From: Mytilus californianus
Lineage: Eukaryota
Direction: 5' to 3'
DNA length: 64,000 nucleotides
Assembly: GCF_021869535.1 (NCBI RefSeq)
Contig: NW_026262690.1
Location: 113,708,001 to 113,772,000, forward strand
Positions 47,432-61,295 of the stretch are shown one piece after another. The position numbers and the translations under genes were made by a program. The notes under the pieces were generated by a model. It was not told where the DNA came from and ran no database searches. It saw nothing but the letters and a program-made list of their open reading frames with translations. Numbering within the stretch: position 1 is the stretch's first letter; each line of letters begins with the position of its first letter.

Positions 47432-49904
47432 CTGAAGACACACATTTTTTTTCATTGTTGGCGAAATTTCGGAGGATATTCAAACAGCAAAAATTATATG
47501 TAATAAAAACTTGAATAGACCGATCTTAAATCAAAATAAAGTACTTTATTAAGATATTTTACTCCCGAACAGCTGAGGTGTAATTGAGTGTAAAATATAT
47601 TTCAATATACAGAATAATCATTTATCTCTTTTTATCTTGTTTCATTTCATTCTTTAATATTGTTTGTAGGAACTATATGGGGCAGAAAATATTCAGATGT
47701 TTTGTAATTTATTGGTAAGCGGTATGCAGAAAAGAAGGAAATAGTTCAGTATCCGTTGTGTACAGTTATTTATAATTGATTGTTGATTTTTTGCTGTCAT
47801 TTCTACTTAATTGTACTGGTAAATGTTCCATTATAAGAATTTTAGACCAATAAAATATTTAATTGACAATTTGTGTAGATTTATAATTTTATCTGATCTA
47901 AACCACAATTTTAATTTTCATCAACTTCTTTAAACCTTTTTCAATAAGGTACTGACCGAACCAAGACCATTTTTTTTTTTGAAAGTACTATCTTACTTAA
48001 TTAGTAATGAGAATTCACATAGTAACATTTTATTGTACAACACTTCAAAGCATGTTTAATTTACAAATAATAGTTCCTCCTATAAGCAGCTTAAACTTAT
48101 CTTTAAGTATACTGATGTAGAAACCATGTTAAATTTAAGTCCATTAACGAGATATGACTCACAAGAAATTAATGGTCATATAGAGAGTTCAAATAATCTC
48201 TGGTTCCATCTCATAAAAAGATAAGTGGATGACCAGTTTTATTGGTCAGTTTACAACTGGATGATTTTAATGGTCAGTTAAGTATTGTCCAGAATGCATA
48301 CTAATTAAAAACTACTCTGGCCAGGAAAAATGGGTTTACTGAAGCTTAAATCCTGGTGTTTGTTAATAATCAGGGTCTACTTGTCCTCCTACCAGCTGAA
48401 TGGATAATTGGGAAAAACCCAGTAGTAATGGGAGATATGTTTTAAACTCCTCAAATTACTTTTCTAACTTCCGCTTTTTCAAGTGATTTCAATATTGTAT
48501 ACAGGTATATAAGTGGTCAATTGTGTTTAATCATACAGACACCTGTATTGTTTCGCAAATTTCCAAAATCCAAACCAATTCTTGGAATGCCCAATTCAAG
48601 GAAACAATCCTGTCAGTTCCCAAGAACTAAATATTTACCATATGAGTAAATTTCCAATGTGAGGGTTGTTCTTATTAAAGAAAGCCCGTGCAGACAGCAT
48701 GAAAAGAAAAATGGTTTGTAAAAGATATCAATTTTCTTTTGTATTTTTCAAGGCCATAATAAAAGGTAAATTTTCAGATTCGTGTCCTGAATGCTAGTGA
48801 GTCAGACATCTCAAAACTGTGTTGATATCTACTTCATTGCTAGGATTTCTAAAGAAATATTGGAAAATTTATTTAAAAAATCAACACTGATGAGTAAAAA
48901 ACATGAACCTTACTTGAATTTTCTGTTCAATGAAGGGTAATACTTTAAAAAAGGACATTTTCATAAAATACTAAATGTTAATTTTTAACGAGGTTCAAAT
49001 TATCAAAATATATCAATATAAACAGGAGATAGATTGAATTATTATGTACGGCACAAACTATGGGTGGTCAATCACCTAACTGACCAGTGGTCAATTTGCT
49101 AATGATAAACTTCTGTATCAACATGACAGACCATCAGTAGCCAGCCTCCTGATGACAAGTCTCTGTATCATATTCCTACACCCAGGTGGTCAGACCATGA
49201 CAAAACACATTAGCCAATCTTCAAAGACCCATCAAAATTTTTATCTCCCGTTAATAGCTTCCCAATACACCTATAAGACAAGAATAATACTTTGGTTAAT
49301 GTTCCCTAGTAGGCCATAAACTTTACTGACATATCAATGTTAACTGACCACAGTCCACTGACCCATCATGGTTTATGACTGTTTACATAGATACTGACCA
49401 CTATTATGTGTTGACTGGTATATATAAATTGTCAAAACATTGGTAGTATCCAGTCCAAGATGATAAGCTGTGTCTCTGTGCTATGATAACATGACATGAC
49501 TTTTATGGGCTATAAGTCACTCAAGCTATTTATGTTGCATGCTTGGTAAGAAAATACACAATGTTATTGATAAAGCCATTGAAAAGTTCTGAGAGGCCAA
49601 AATAATAATTAAGTTTGTTAATGTTTTCCATATCCTAATCAACAATTCTGGCAAGTGTTTCCTCTTTATTGGTTTGTTAAACCCCCCTCTTTTATTTAAA
49701 AAAAGGAATAAGACAGCAGCATACAAAACTTCCTTAGGCCAAAAATTTAACCTGATAGATTAACAGACATGACAGATGCACAGCCCAGAAAACATAATGC
49801 CACCTACTATCATAGGCAGAGCACAAAACAGGAATAAAATTTCTAATTTTTTTTTTAAGAGTACATCTGTACTAACCTATGGAAAGGAGTACACAAGTAC
49901 CTAG

Positions 49905-50163
49905 AAAAAGTAAAACCGTTATATTTCGTTGTCAATATAATGGAATTTGATGCGACTGTCATACAAGTGAGAGGTTTAGCTAGCTATAAAACCAGGTTCA
50001 ATCCACCATTTTCTACGTAAGAAAATGCCTGTACCAAGTCTGGAATATGACAGTTGTTATCCATTCGTTTGATGTGTTTGAACTTTTGATTTTGCCATAT
50101 GATTGGGGACTTTCCTTTTTGAATTTTCCTCGGAGTTCAGTATTTTTGTGATTTTACCTTTTT
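49905..50163 (-). mobile_element. Interspersed element with inverted ends AAAAGTAAAA / TTTTACCTTTT
   Basis: Recognisable end GAATTTTCCTCGGAGTTCAGTATTTTTGTGATTTTAC; internal CCTGTACCAAGTC core. Confidence 0.75.
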
Positions 50164-50421
50164 ATAGATATTTCATTGGACTGAACATATCACAAAATGA
50201 AACTATGACAAAATTCAATATCTAAAAGTTCTATAGCAAAAGGGGGAAGTGTGGTCAAACAAAATTAAGGAAGAAAAGGTTGGAGTTAATTGGGGTAGGG
50301 ATTAATACATCCATCAGAAAATGATTACCATTCATTCCTTTGATTGATCTGGGGCGCTTGCAAGTTTACCTCATTTTTTATGCAATAAATTCCGATGTAA
50401 AAGTTGATATTTCCAGAAAAA

Positions 50422-50537
50422 GAGAGGGGTGACAGGGGGTGCTCATTTTCCAAATCCCATTTTTTTGGTAATTTTTTCCCACTTTCCACTTTTTTTACCC
50501 CCAAATCCCAACATCCCAATAGCGTGTCATCCCCCTC
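50422..50537. mobile_element. MITE, GAGG family, TTCCC-rich interior
   Basis: GAGAGGGGTGAC/GTCATCCCCCTC; flanks AGAAAA-like. Confidence 0.7.
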
Positions 50538-51862
50538 AGAAAAGAGTAAAGGTTAATAATGTATTGTCACGATACAACTGTTGGTCTCTATCGTCTCTAT
50601 CCATATTGTCGGACAGTTAATGTGTATTATCTGTCATAACATGGGTTTTCACACAAAAGGTATAAATGTCGCATGTAAGAGTGATTGATTTTATGTCCTT
50701 CATTGATATACATAGTTGTGGTCTAGGGGGAGGATTTATGTACTGATTGAGGGAGAGACAGCTAATTGATTCTATACAAAATCATAATGTCCTTGTCATT
50801 CACACTTACCAACTATTTCAAAACATATTCTGATGCAAGTTTCTTATAGTTAATTAAATAAAAAGTATTTTTGACTATTGTTTAAAGATTTTTCACACCC
50901 TTTTTAGGACCTCAAACTATTTATCTACATGTTGTGTCTATATAAAGACAATATACATCTGTCAGTTTTGGTTTTGTCATTTCCACAAATTCTTGGCTGC
51001 AATACAATAAGGGTGTAGAAATATTTTCCCAACATTCTGTAAACTTTTATCAGTAGTCATCAGAAGCAAACCATTGTTTCAATTCACCAAATAAGAAAGA
51101 AAAACTGATAAAAATCATAGGACTTAAGATCTGCCTAGTTAGAAAGGCATTTTAAGGTGCAGTTACATATTTTTATGAATGACAGAAAATAATTTTTGTG
51201 GTTTATTCACTTTTATCATAAAACATAACCAATTTATTATCATATGTACTTTTGAAATTATTTCATCTGCAACCGTTCAGGGTCAAATTTATGACAAATT
51301 TCTAAACCACAAAAAATAGTTTTACTATCGAGAAATGAAAAATGTTATATTTAACCGGATATCATGGCATAAGATGTGAGAATAGAAGATAACAAATGTA
51401 CTAATAAACTGTTGATACAGTGATAAGTCTTTCCTGTATGAAATTTTGATTTTGAAATTTAAAATGGAGATACTTGAAAATGTAAACTAACCGTAAGTTT
51501 CAAAGTCAATAGAACTTTACTGAGAGGGGCTAAGTAAAATAATCTCTATGGAAATGAGATATATATGCCAATGCTACTACAATTGCATACCAAATATCAT
51601 CAACTTACCATTAGTTGTTCCCCTTAAATCACAAACTTTATCAAATTGTTGACAATACCAAACCTTATATCTTGTTTAAGTAGTCTAAAAATGATGTTTT
51701 GTTCAAGATTAACTATCATAATAAAAAAAAATAGCAAATGACTTGTCATATTGGTTGGGTTGCTGTAAACCCGATAGCATGTTGTAGTAGTCCTGAAATG
51801 ATGTTAATCACATTCCTGGTTAGGTACCACAACAAAAAATTGGACTCATCTTGTCAGTCTAG

Positions 51863-52085
51863 AAGGGTCTGGATGGGGTCCTTCATTTCTTTAATGTTTA
51901 AGGCTATTTTCTCTATCCTTTTTGTTTTTTTTGCACATCATTCTCTATTCTTTATATTTAAGCACCCCATTATTCTCTATTCTGTATGTTTTTGCCATAT
52001 TTTTCTCTTAAAAACTATTTTTGGGGTCCATTTTTCTGTAGATTGGCCTATTATTCTCTATTCTGTAAACCCCATCCAGACCCTC
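51863..52085. mobile_element. MITE, GAGG family
   Basis: AGGGTCTGGATGGGG/CCCCATCCAGACCCTC; flanks GTCTAG/CTCTAG (5/6). Confidence 0.85.
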
Positions 52086-53801
52086 CTCTAGTACAAAACA
52101 GGACATCTTCATTCCATGTAAACATGCTAGTGTTCTGAATATGTAATATTTGCTGCTGGGTGATAAGGAGTCATCAATCAATCAATTTGTAATAACAGGA
52201 TGATTTTTTTTTAAATTGGTTTCAGTTTTACCTAACATTCATTGGGCTTACAATTCAATTTATCAATAAACCACAAAATTATCATTTTTTTTTACAACTG
52301 ATTTTTTCAAAACCACAAAAACTGACACCCATCTGTCTTATAAATTACCCAGAGACTACAGAACTAGTAAACAACAATATAAATAACATCCAAAGGGAGA
52401 TAACTCAATAAATAAAGTCCGACTTAATCTTAGTAACCAAGATTTCATTAAATGGTGTTAAATACTTTATCACTTGAGGTAATAAGACTTTTATCATGAC
52501 ATGGATTTAATTATGATTGATTTAGTATTTTTTCATGTCTTCCGAAATCATAATACAGATATTGATAAAAATCCTGAACAAACATCAACCATCCTTGTTA
52601 TCATAGCGGACAAAGCAGTAACGAGCTTTCACCATAAAAGGACGAGATTTAATGACGACTACGACTAAAATTCATCTAACTGAAAATCAACAACATTTTT
52701 AGATTGCTATAATGAAGTAACCTTTCGTGGCAAGGATGACAAAACTGTCAATTTAGAATTCAATAAGTAACGACCTATCGACTACTGGCCAGAAAGTAAA
52801 TTCCCGATGTCACCATGTGTATCGCTGTATATGTTTTACACATAAAATTTAAACAATGTGTTTTAGGGTGTAGAACAAATACAAACACATCACTCAGTCA
52901 TTATATATCCATTTAAGCTGACATTAATTTACCTGTTTGTCATCAGTTTTTATTTTTTTTATTTTAAAATGTATTTAATCAATGAAATGAATAACAGGTT
53001 TAGAATTTTCAAAATTACTGTGAATTACTAAATTATTGCTGGTTTCTAGTTGTACATATTATTTTCCCGTCTGCTTATTACTCCATTTTTATTTTTTTAT
53101 GTACTTCTGTGTTCAAGCCTTGTTATTCATTATACATGTGTATGCTTTTCTTGTCATTAAAATTCATCGCTAAGGAATATTTATTTATTCCTTTTTCATA
53201 AGGAAATTGTATACAAGCTGATGTACATTTCTTAGTATTATGTATATATACTTTTTTTTTCGCCATAAAAAAAGGAGGGGGGGGGGGGGGGGGGGGGGGT
53301 AGGGAGGTGGGACTGCATTAAAGTAAAACAAATATGTCAGATAAAGCCTAACAAAAAAACAAAAAAAACTACACTGAACCTTTTCATAATATTCATATAA
53401 GAAGTTCACCAAATTTTGTAATTTCATTATAGAGGGTTAAAATAAAATATGTATGTAAAAATTCTAAATCAACAGTATTCAAATTTAATTTTCTAAATGG
53501 CAATAGATTTAATGTCCCCATTCTAAGTCGGTGTAGCTGTGTACCTATACATCCAATCAGATGTCCATTCAGCATGGGTACTACTGCTGGACAGGAAAAG
53601 TCAAGGTGATGATATTTCGATACCCTGGCTTTTCGATCATAAAACTTTCCTCAGTACTCGGAGTACAAAATTTGTGCTTGATAGTGGAAACACCAATTTT
53701 GATTTCTGAGTCTGAAACCAGGTTCTTGAAAGTTTTATGACCCTAAGCCTCAGTCAACTCTCTCCATCTTTACAAATGAAAACTGGACATAAAAAGCCAA
53801 A

Positions 53802-53894
53802 AGGCCATACGGTGACCTATAGTTGTTAATTTCTGTGTCATTTGGTCTCTTGTGGAGAGTTGTCTCATTGGCAATCATACCACACCTTCTTATT
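53802..53894 (-). repeat. Head-motif repeat
   Basis: Reverse complement of the 29868 copy. Confidence 0.88.
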
Positions 53895-54007
53895 TCTATA
53901 TATAAACAATCAACTATAGTTAGTTTAAGGATGTTTCCTTGCCTGTGGATAAATCGTCTAAACCTTCAACTAAAATGAAACTAGACAACCTTCACACTGT
54001 GATCTAA

Positions 54008-54146
54008 GAGGGTCTGGATTGGGTTTACAGAATAGGTAATAATGGGGGAAAAGTGCAGAATAAAAGGCAAAATATATAAAGAATAGAGAAAAATAGACTA
54101 AAAAGTGAAAGAATAAAGAAATAAATGACCACCCATCAAGACACTC
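54008..54146. mobile_element. MITE, GAGG family, degenerate
   Basis: GAGGGTCTGGATTGGGTTTACAGAATAG...CCCATCAAGACACTC. Confidence 0.7.
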
Positions 54147-54180
54147 ATAAAATGAGAGGATGTGGTAGGATTTCAAATGA

Positions 54181-54432
54181 AAAACAAGAATGTGTCCGTA
54201 GTAAACGGATGCCCCACTCACACTATCATTTTCATGTTCAGTGGGCAGTGAAATTGGGGTCAAAACTCCAATTTGGCATTACAATTAGAAAGATCATATC
54301 ATAGGGAACATGTGTTCTAAGTTTCAAGTTAATTGGACTTCAACTTCATCAAAAACTACCTTGACCAAAAACTTTAACCTGAAGCGGGACAGACAGACCA
54401 AAAAACATAATGCCCCTAGGTGGGGCATAAAA
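54181..54432 (-). mobile_element. Compact HINE (reference copy for the 40847 array)
   Basis: subTIRs ATGCCCCA (54209-16) / TGGGGCAT (54421-28); (GACA)n; terminal hairpins; A-run flanks. Confidence 0.85.
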
Positions 54433-55400
54433 ACTATCCACCTGTGACAAAACCACATGGATTTAAGCAACGATTTAGTATGCTTTAATTACTGAATAAC
54501 ATTAGTTGACTTTTTAATAGTTTAAAAAAGGTTAATTGATATGTATGTCACTAATTGGATTAAGTTGTTCCTGAACTGTGATTAACAATTAATTAACATA
54601 ACCAACGCATGCAATTATAACAAAGCATGTTACATTAGTCTAACATTCACACCTAAACAAATGGTTTGTAAGTACATGTTCCCTGAAATCGGCAAATAAA
54701 TCACGGAAAATGGTCTGTACTTGGTTTAGGGTTAATAAACTTGTTTAAAATATTTATCATCGTGGTTAGTTGCATTTTTATGCTTAAGGACAATAACATT
54801 TCTCTTGTTATTATGGTATATAGTTTTTCTAAGTTTTTCAAGTTTCCATTTCATTTAAGCAGATCATATTTGCTATTATGTGTAATATATAGGATCAGTC
54901 ACAAGTTATTATAACATAGATATTCATCACCTAAATACAAATTTGATAAATGTATACACACACATAGCCGAGCAATAACAACATGAAACAATTATATAGA
55001 TTTGTACAATAGAAGTTTCTGTGTCTACAACACAACGAGACATTAGACAGCCTCAAAATGACAGAAAATGACCTTATCAATAAACTTATCATTCCAAAAT
55101 GTAAATAATGTAAATAAATATTTAATTATAATTATAACGATGTTTGTGATTAAATAATACACAGCACAGTACAAACTGCCACATTTTTTAGGGTCTGGAA
55201 GAGTTTTACAGAATAGAAAATAATAGATTATAAAAAAGAACCCAATCCAAACAAGCCCTTTCTTTTATTCAGTAAACCAGTGTAAGACGAACCCCAACTA
55301 AACCAAGTTTTGCAACTTTTAGTGTTAAACCTATTCCCAAGGTTTCATTTTCATGTTTTTCTTTTCCCATGATTCAATCTTTCTTAGAAATTAAATTCAC

Positions 55401-55425
55401 CTGGAGGGATATTCTACTATTTTAT
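55401..55425 (-). CDS. Candidate 25-nt exon (xKIVEYPS)
   Basis: Acceptor GCTAATTTAACGGTTTAG, donor CAG|GTGAAT. Confidence 0.25.
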
Positions 55426-57601
55426 CTAAACCGTTAAATTAGCAAAAATTTCTCTTTTTACAGTTCCAAAGAGTTCAAGGCAGCTCAAAGCATTTTCATA
55501 GCAGCAGTTCCTATTAATCATTGATAAAACTATATGCCTTTTCTTTACATATGTTCTCTTTTCTTTTTTACCAATATACGTATGCAGGAGTACGTTAGAA
55601 TGCTGTCAGGATCCAGACCAGGATCCCTGGTAACATATCAGGTGGTATAAAACAGGAAAAAAAACTACAACATGTTGCATAAAACCTCAAAAACTAGTTC
55701 CTTTTTACAAAATCTGTTTGCTTCCTTGGTTTGGCTTATCATGTACTGTCATTTCCTCTCAAGACGTCTGCTCTCACAGAATAACCCTGAGTCGAATAAA
55801 TCAACATGAAAACGTATTTTAATATTTTAAGTAGTAATCAGCCACACACAAACACCTACGATTTTAATATGGTACATTAATGCTTCATTTTTATTGAATG
55901 TACTAAAATTGAAGCATAACAAGAGATTTTCGCATTCTTACATGAAATAATGTGAATCATTATATGAAATTTAGCCAAAAAACTGTACTATTAACACAAA
56001 TTTGTTAATTTCCAGATCCCGCCCGGGGGAATCTGAGAGTTCTTGAAAGTGTTACCATGTTTTTACCAGAGATATGCGATCCTAATGTTGATAAAATCAT
56101 TTAAATTAATTAAAATCTCTTACTTCAAGCTATGTTTAAATATCATGAATCAGACATATTTCATCGAGAGGAAAACACTCATTCAACAATGTATGAGAAA
56201 TCAAGTTTAACTGTAAGTTTAGGAAGCAGCACTTCTCATATCAGTAAAACTGACACAACTCTTGAAAACATTGGGATAAACATTGTACCCTCGTCAAAAC
56301 AAAAGATCACCGATACACCAAGATAAAACTTTGTGATTAGCAAGATGAAAACTTGCCAAAGGTATAATTCAAACAACTGAAATATACACCATTATATACC
56401 CTTTTTTTAAAAACTTCAGACGTGGGTGGCAGTCAATCAAAGGTCAAGGGGATACTTTTTTATGTAAAATAATATCATATTTACAATCAGACTGACACTT
56501 TAAAAGGAAGAATTGTATAACTTTAACCAATATGTAAATGCTACATACATGTACTGATAATACTTCGTAAATTATCAAAAATGTGTGTTACATTTGAGTA
56601 TTGAAATACACGAGATTTTTGTTTTTACAACTACATGTATAACGGTATGATAAAGTTATTGATGTTTAAAACATTTTATCCCCTGACTGCATTTAAATGT
56701 TAGGCAATAAAAAGTCCATTTATCAGAAAAAATGTGAAAATAGATAAAAATATATTTCAAAAGATTGCTCCAGATGCTCTCTCTTGATTTTAAAGAAGCT
56801 ACTGTCCAGGTTTCCTACAGTTCTATGAAGGTTTGACAAGTTATTGACTTTAACCACAGACATGACAGACTGAACCTAAACGTGGACAACACCAACTAAG
56901 ATGAAATGTACGGATCAATAGGTCTCACCTTCGTGACTTTTGTTGCAGACACTAAAATTGTGCTATACTATATGCCATGTTGTGAGTTTTTCATCCTGGC
57001 AGGCTGGCTGGTAGATTTTAATTTACTTGACACAAACAGACATGACCTTCTGGTAGAAATAAAAATAGTCAATATTTCATATAACAATTAAGTAACAATT
57101 TTCTAATTATTTTCTCATTAAGAACAGGAAAGAAATGTGCCAATTATTTACTAATGATTTCATTCCATTCCACAAAAACAATGTCAAGAATTGTAATTAG
57201 GTCACAGTGACCTACATCAATTAGGAAATACAACTGTTAATGATGATTCCTTGTTGTAACTAGAAGATGAAGCATGCAGAGCATCAAGCCACTTTTTGAG
57301 TGAACATAAGTTCAACAACCTTTACTGTAGAACAACAAAAATCTACTAATAACATATTAATGTTGATGAATTACAACATCAAATTTAACCAAATTGTTCA
57401 TTTTTTACGTTCAGTATTTGACAAAATGACGCAAGGCATCAAATGATAAATGACCCTCATTACAGCCCGGGGATTGTTATGGTCTAATTATAGGTTTTTA
57501 GACCATTATCAGCCCTGCATCATAATCGGTGAATTATCACAACTATTATGACATCTTCAATCAAATATGTAATTTAAAAATTCCTGCCCACTAATCAGGA
57601 T

Positions 57602-57730
57602 AGCAACCTCATGACAAAAAGGAGATTTGAGGGTATATGTCAGTGTTAAACAAGACAGCAACCTCATGACAAAAAGGAGATTTGAGGGTATATGTCAATG
57701 TTAAACAAGACAGCAACCTCATGACAAAAA
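57602..57730. repeat. 55-bp tandem repeat x ~2.4
   Basis: AGCAACCTCATGACAAAAA at 57602, 57657 and 57712. Confidence 0.93.
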
Positions 57731-57993
57731 TGACCAAAAGACACCAAGAGGGTTTCAACAATAGATATGTGTAATCAGAATAAATTAAGCACAAACTATC
57801 AAAGAGATAAACACCAAATTATCCAAATAAAAAAAAAACCAAAAACAACATATATCAAGTCCTGTAATATTATGTATTCTTTACATTTTCAATCATATTT
57901 TAAAACTTTTTAATTGTAACCAAAGGAGGAAGTTATCAAGAATACGTAAAAGATCCTAATGTCACTGATGTTTTCTGTTTGATCAGAGAGTAC

Positions 57994-58033
57994 TTGAACT
58001 GGACTTTTATGTAAAGTTCAAGTTTATAAGTGT
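57994..58033 (-). CDS. Candidate 40-nt exon (xTYKLELYIKVQF)
   Basis: Acceptor TTTAAGTTTAG, donor CAA|GTACTC, open frame. Confidence 0.25.
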
Positions 58034-59745
58034 CTAAACTTAAAGTATTTTGAATTTTGCATAAGGGCATACATAAAGGGAAATTGCAAATATCTGTCTT
58101 AAAAATGGATAATTTGGCAAATCTTAAAATCATAAAATCTGGTTCCCCTCTGGTTCCCTATAGTAAGTTAGCAAGAAGAGTTACTTTTAATTTGTTTGAC
58201 ATTTTGCCAGTGATGACGGACTTATGATTTCTAATTTTTTTTTCTCCAGAGTACAGTATATATGTTATTATTAACTATTCTCCATACCAAATACCTTGCT
58301 ATCATTCCCAAACCAATCAATGTACAAGTAATAAAAGAAAAATAAAACATTTATCTTTTTGAAAGAGATTTCATTTGATGTTTTTTCGTTAACCTCATTT
58401 CAAGGTGATATATTTCTTTCAAACATCTTTTACATTTACATGATAAATTCTGCAGTTCTTTCACAAAAAATTCACTAACTTAAACAGTGGCTTCTTTATA
58501 CTGGGACAATCAATGTTATCTGTTGAGGTAACCCAGCATTTGTATCAAGCACCGCAAATACATCTAAACAAAACTCTCAAACCATTCATAGGCCTATCAT
58601 ACAGGATTACGAACAAAGCGCTGTATTGTGAAAGAAAAAATCTCGATAAAACACTTGAGGTTAACTTATCATTCTTATTCCCATCAAGGTAATTGAAAAT
58701 GCATGCCAAATTGACGAAATCTACTCTGATAAAAGGATGATTTCAAGTAAATCTTTATCTTCGATAAAATCAATTTAAAAATCAGGCCTATACACCTTGA
58801 TTACATACCTGTATGCCCTGACAATAGCTCGATTATAGAGAATGCTCATAATTATCTGTACCGAAAAATCTTGAACCACAAAGTCAAGAAAAGATCCATC
58901 TACTTTCATAATTCATAATTTACAAGTTTGTATCGTGAGATGGAAATTATTTTTTTTATTAAAATCCATGTACTTATAGTACACTGGTCCAAATTATTCA
59001 AAACTATACTGATAAATTGGTTTTCAATTTAATATAAAGTGTTCTAATTTATGCATAATATTATAAACAAATGTCAATTTATAATAACATGTTCTAAAAT
59101 CGTAGATTAAAGTCAGCAGGAGACAGAAACACTGATTCGGGGATAGTCAGCACAAGTACTGGACGTCAAGAGTACAAATTATAATCTAAACCAATTGTTA
59201 TCTGATACAATAAAATAAAAAAAACTCTTCAATCTTCTTTTTGTGGGCCTTAGATCATTATGTTAAGGAATATATCACCTTTTAGACTTTACGAAATCAA
59301 ATGTTACAAGACACTACACAAAAACCATTCTGTCATCTTTTTTAAAATTACACATGAATTCAAAAATAAAAAATAAAATACATAAATTTTACTGTATTTT
59401 TTGAAATGCAATCTAAATCTTCCATATAGTTGCTTTTGATGCTTCCCCCTTTTTTGAAATTAACTTTTTGAGGTGAAATTGTGAAAATATGTGGTTTTCA
59501 AAACATATTAAAAATGACTATGAACAAATGGAAATATATTATGGATAAGGTTTTGAAGTTTGTATTGACAATGATCATGATTGAAGTACTTTTGTTGATG
59601 ACAAACAATCTAGTTTTTCTTTACCATAAAGTTCCCACAAAATAATATGTTAGATTCCAATTGTTATCATCATGTTAAAGTACCGGTATTTAGACTTCTT
59701 TTACTTTAGAGGTCCCTGTACTTGAAGGTAAAGGTTCATTTATGT

Positions 59746-59812
59746 TTAGGGTTAGGTTAGGGTATGGTTTAGGGATAGTGTTACGGTTAGGTATGCGTTA
59801 TGGCTAGGGTTA
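59746..59812 (+). repeat. Degenerate TTAGGG-like tract
   Basis: TTAGGGTTAGGTTAGGGTATGGTTTAGGG..CTAGGGTT. Confidence 0.7.
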
Positions 59813-60558
59813 TTTAAGTATAGCTCTATATGCGGTTGTGACCCCTAAATCAAACAAAGACAGAGTATTTGGTTTTTTAATGACATTTGTGCATTTGTTG
59901 GGCGTTAAATCTACGTCAGTATGTTGAGCAAAGGGCTGAACTTCTTACTAAGGATAATTTCCATATTGCGGCTAAGACAAATATGATAAATGATAAAATT
60001 AACATAATTGTGTAGGTAGAGTTGAATAATGCACATAACAATAAAGATGCATGCACAATTTTGAGCTACCACAATGACCTTGCAAGTTCCAGGATGTATG
60101 GATCCAGTTGCCCATAAAACATGTAAATGACCTAAAAATTAGGGTATGGCAAGAATGTTTTTTTCTGGTATTAATGGAAAATTATATGAATCTGATGTAT
60201 TCATGCAATAATAATATCTGCATAGGAGAGAAAATTCTCCTTACATAAACTTAGATAAATGCTTTAGAAAAACAGCTATCTATCTATTTAATCAAGTATG
60301 TTCTTCATTTTGATTTATAATACTAAGAGTCTAATTGACTTGGACTAGACTTTGGTAATAGTATTGGTCAAAGGGAGATAACTCTAATGTAAAATCTTTT
60401 TAATTCATTAGGCAATTTTTTTTCTCTATTTTCTAAATATTTGTTATCCAGTCTATTAACAGCAAATTCCACAACCAAAAAAATGGTATTACATGTAATT
60501 TAATCCTCAACAAGCAAAGATTAGTATACCATTATAATTATTGGAGTAACTATTCTAT

Positions 60559-61295
60559 ACAAGAGTGCACACACTGAAATGTCTCGCCTGCTTTACTGAA
60601 CATTGATTTTACGTTGAGTCTTAAAGATAAAGATTTTACTACGAGCATCACATAAACTTTACATTTTTTTAATATCCATGACAATGAGGTCAAGGTCAGA
60701 TGATACCTGCCAGACAGACATGTACACCTTACAATCATTCCATACACCAAATATAGTTGACCTACTGCTTAAAGTATTTGAAAAACAAACCAAAACACAA
60801 AAACATTAACCAATGAACCATGAAAATAAGGTCATGGTCAGATGAAACCTGCCAGACTGACATGTACCCCTTACAATCATTCCATACACCACATATAGTT
60901 GACCTACTGCTTATAGTATCTGAGAAACTAACTTAATCATGTAACTTTAACCTTGATCACTGATCCATGAAATGAGGTCAAGGTCAGGTGAACCCTGTCT
61001 GATGGACCTGCAAAGAACCCATATACCAAATATAGTTGTCCTATTACTTATAATAAATGAGAAATTCACATGACAAAAAATTATAATTTTTTTCCAAGCA
61101 GTCACTAAACCATGAAAATGAGGTCATGGATAATGGACATAGGACAGACGGAAATTTCGGAACATAAGGTATCTGCATACAAGGTATGAAGTTTCCAGGT
61201 CCTCTACCTTTCTGAAATATAAAGCTTTATACAAATTGTTTACTCCGCTGCTGCAGGATAGTAATACCGATGTCTCGCATAGCAGGCGAGACAAT
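60559..61295 (-). mobile_element. HINE with ~143-bp internal repeats
   Basis: subTIRs GTCTCGCCTGC (60581-91) / GCAGGCGAGAC (61282-92) with local IR TGTCTCGC; repeated ATGAGGTCAAGGTCAG. Confidence 0.82.

Noticed and set aside
56132-56326. 64-aa Ser/Thr-rich ORF as an exon
   Set aside because: Opposite strand to the supported gene, weak acceptor, no homology recognised.
58499-58563. Minus-strand exon candidate DVFAVLDTNAGLPQQITLIVP
   Set aside because: Weak donor, and its phase does not fit the next candidate exon.
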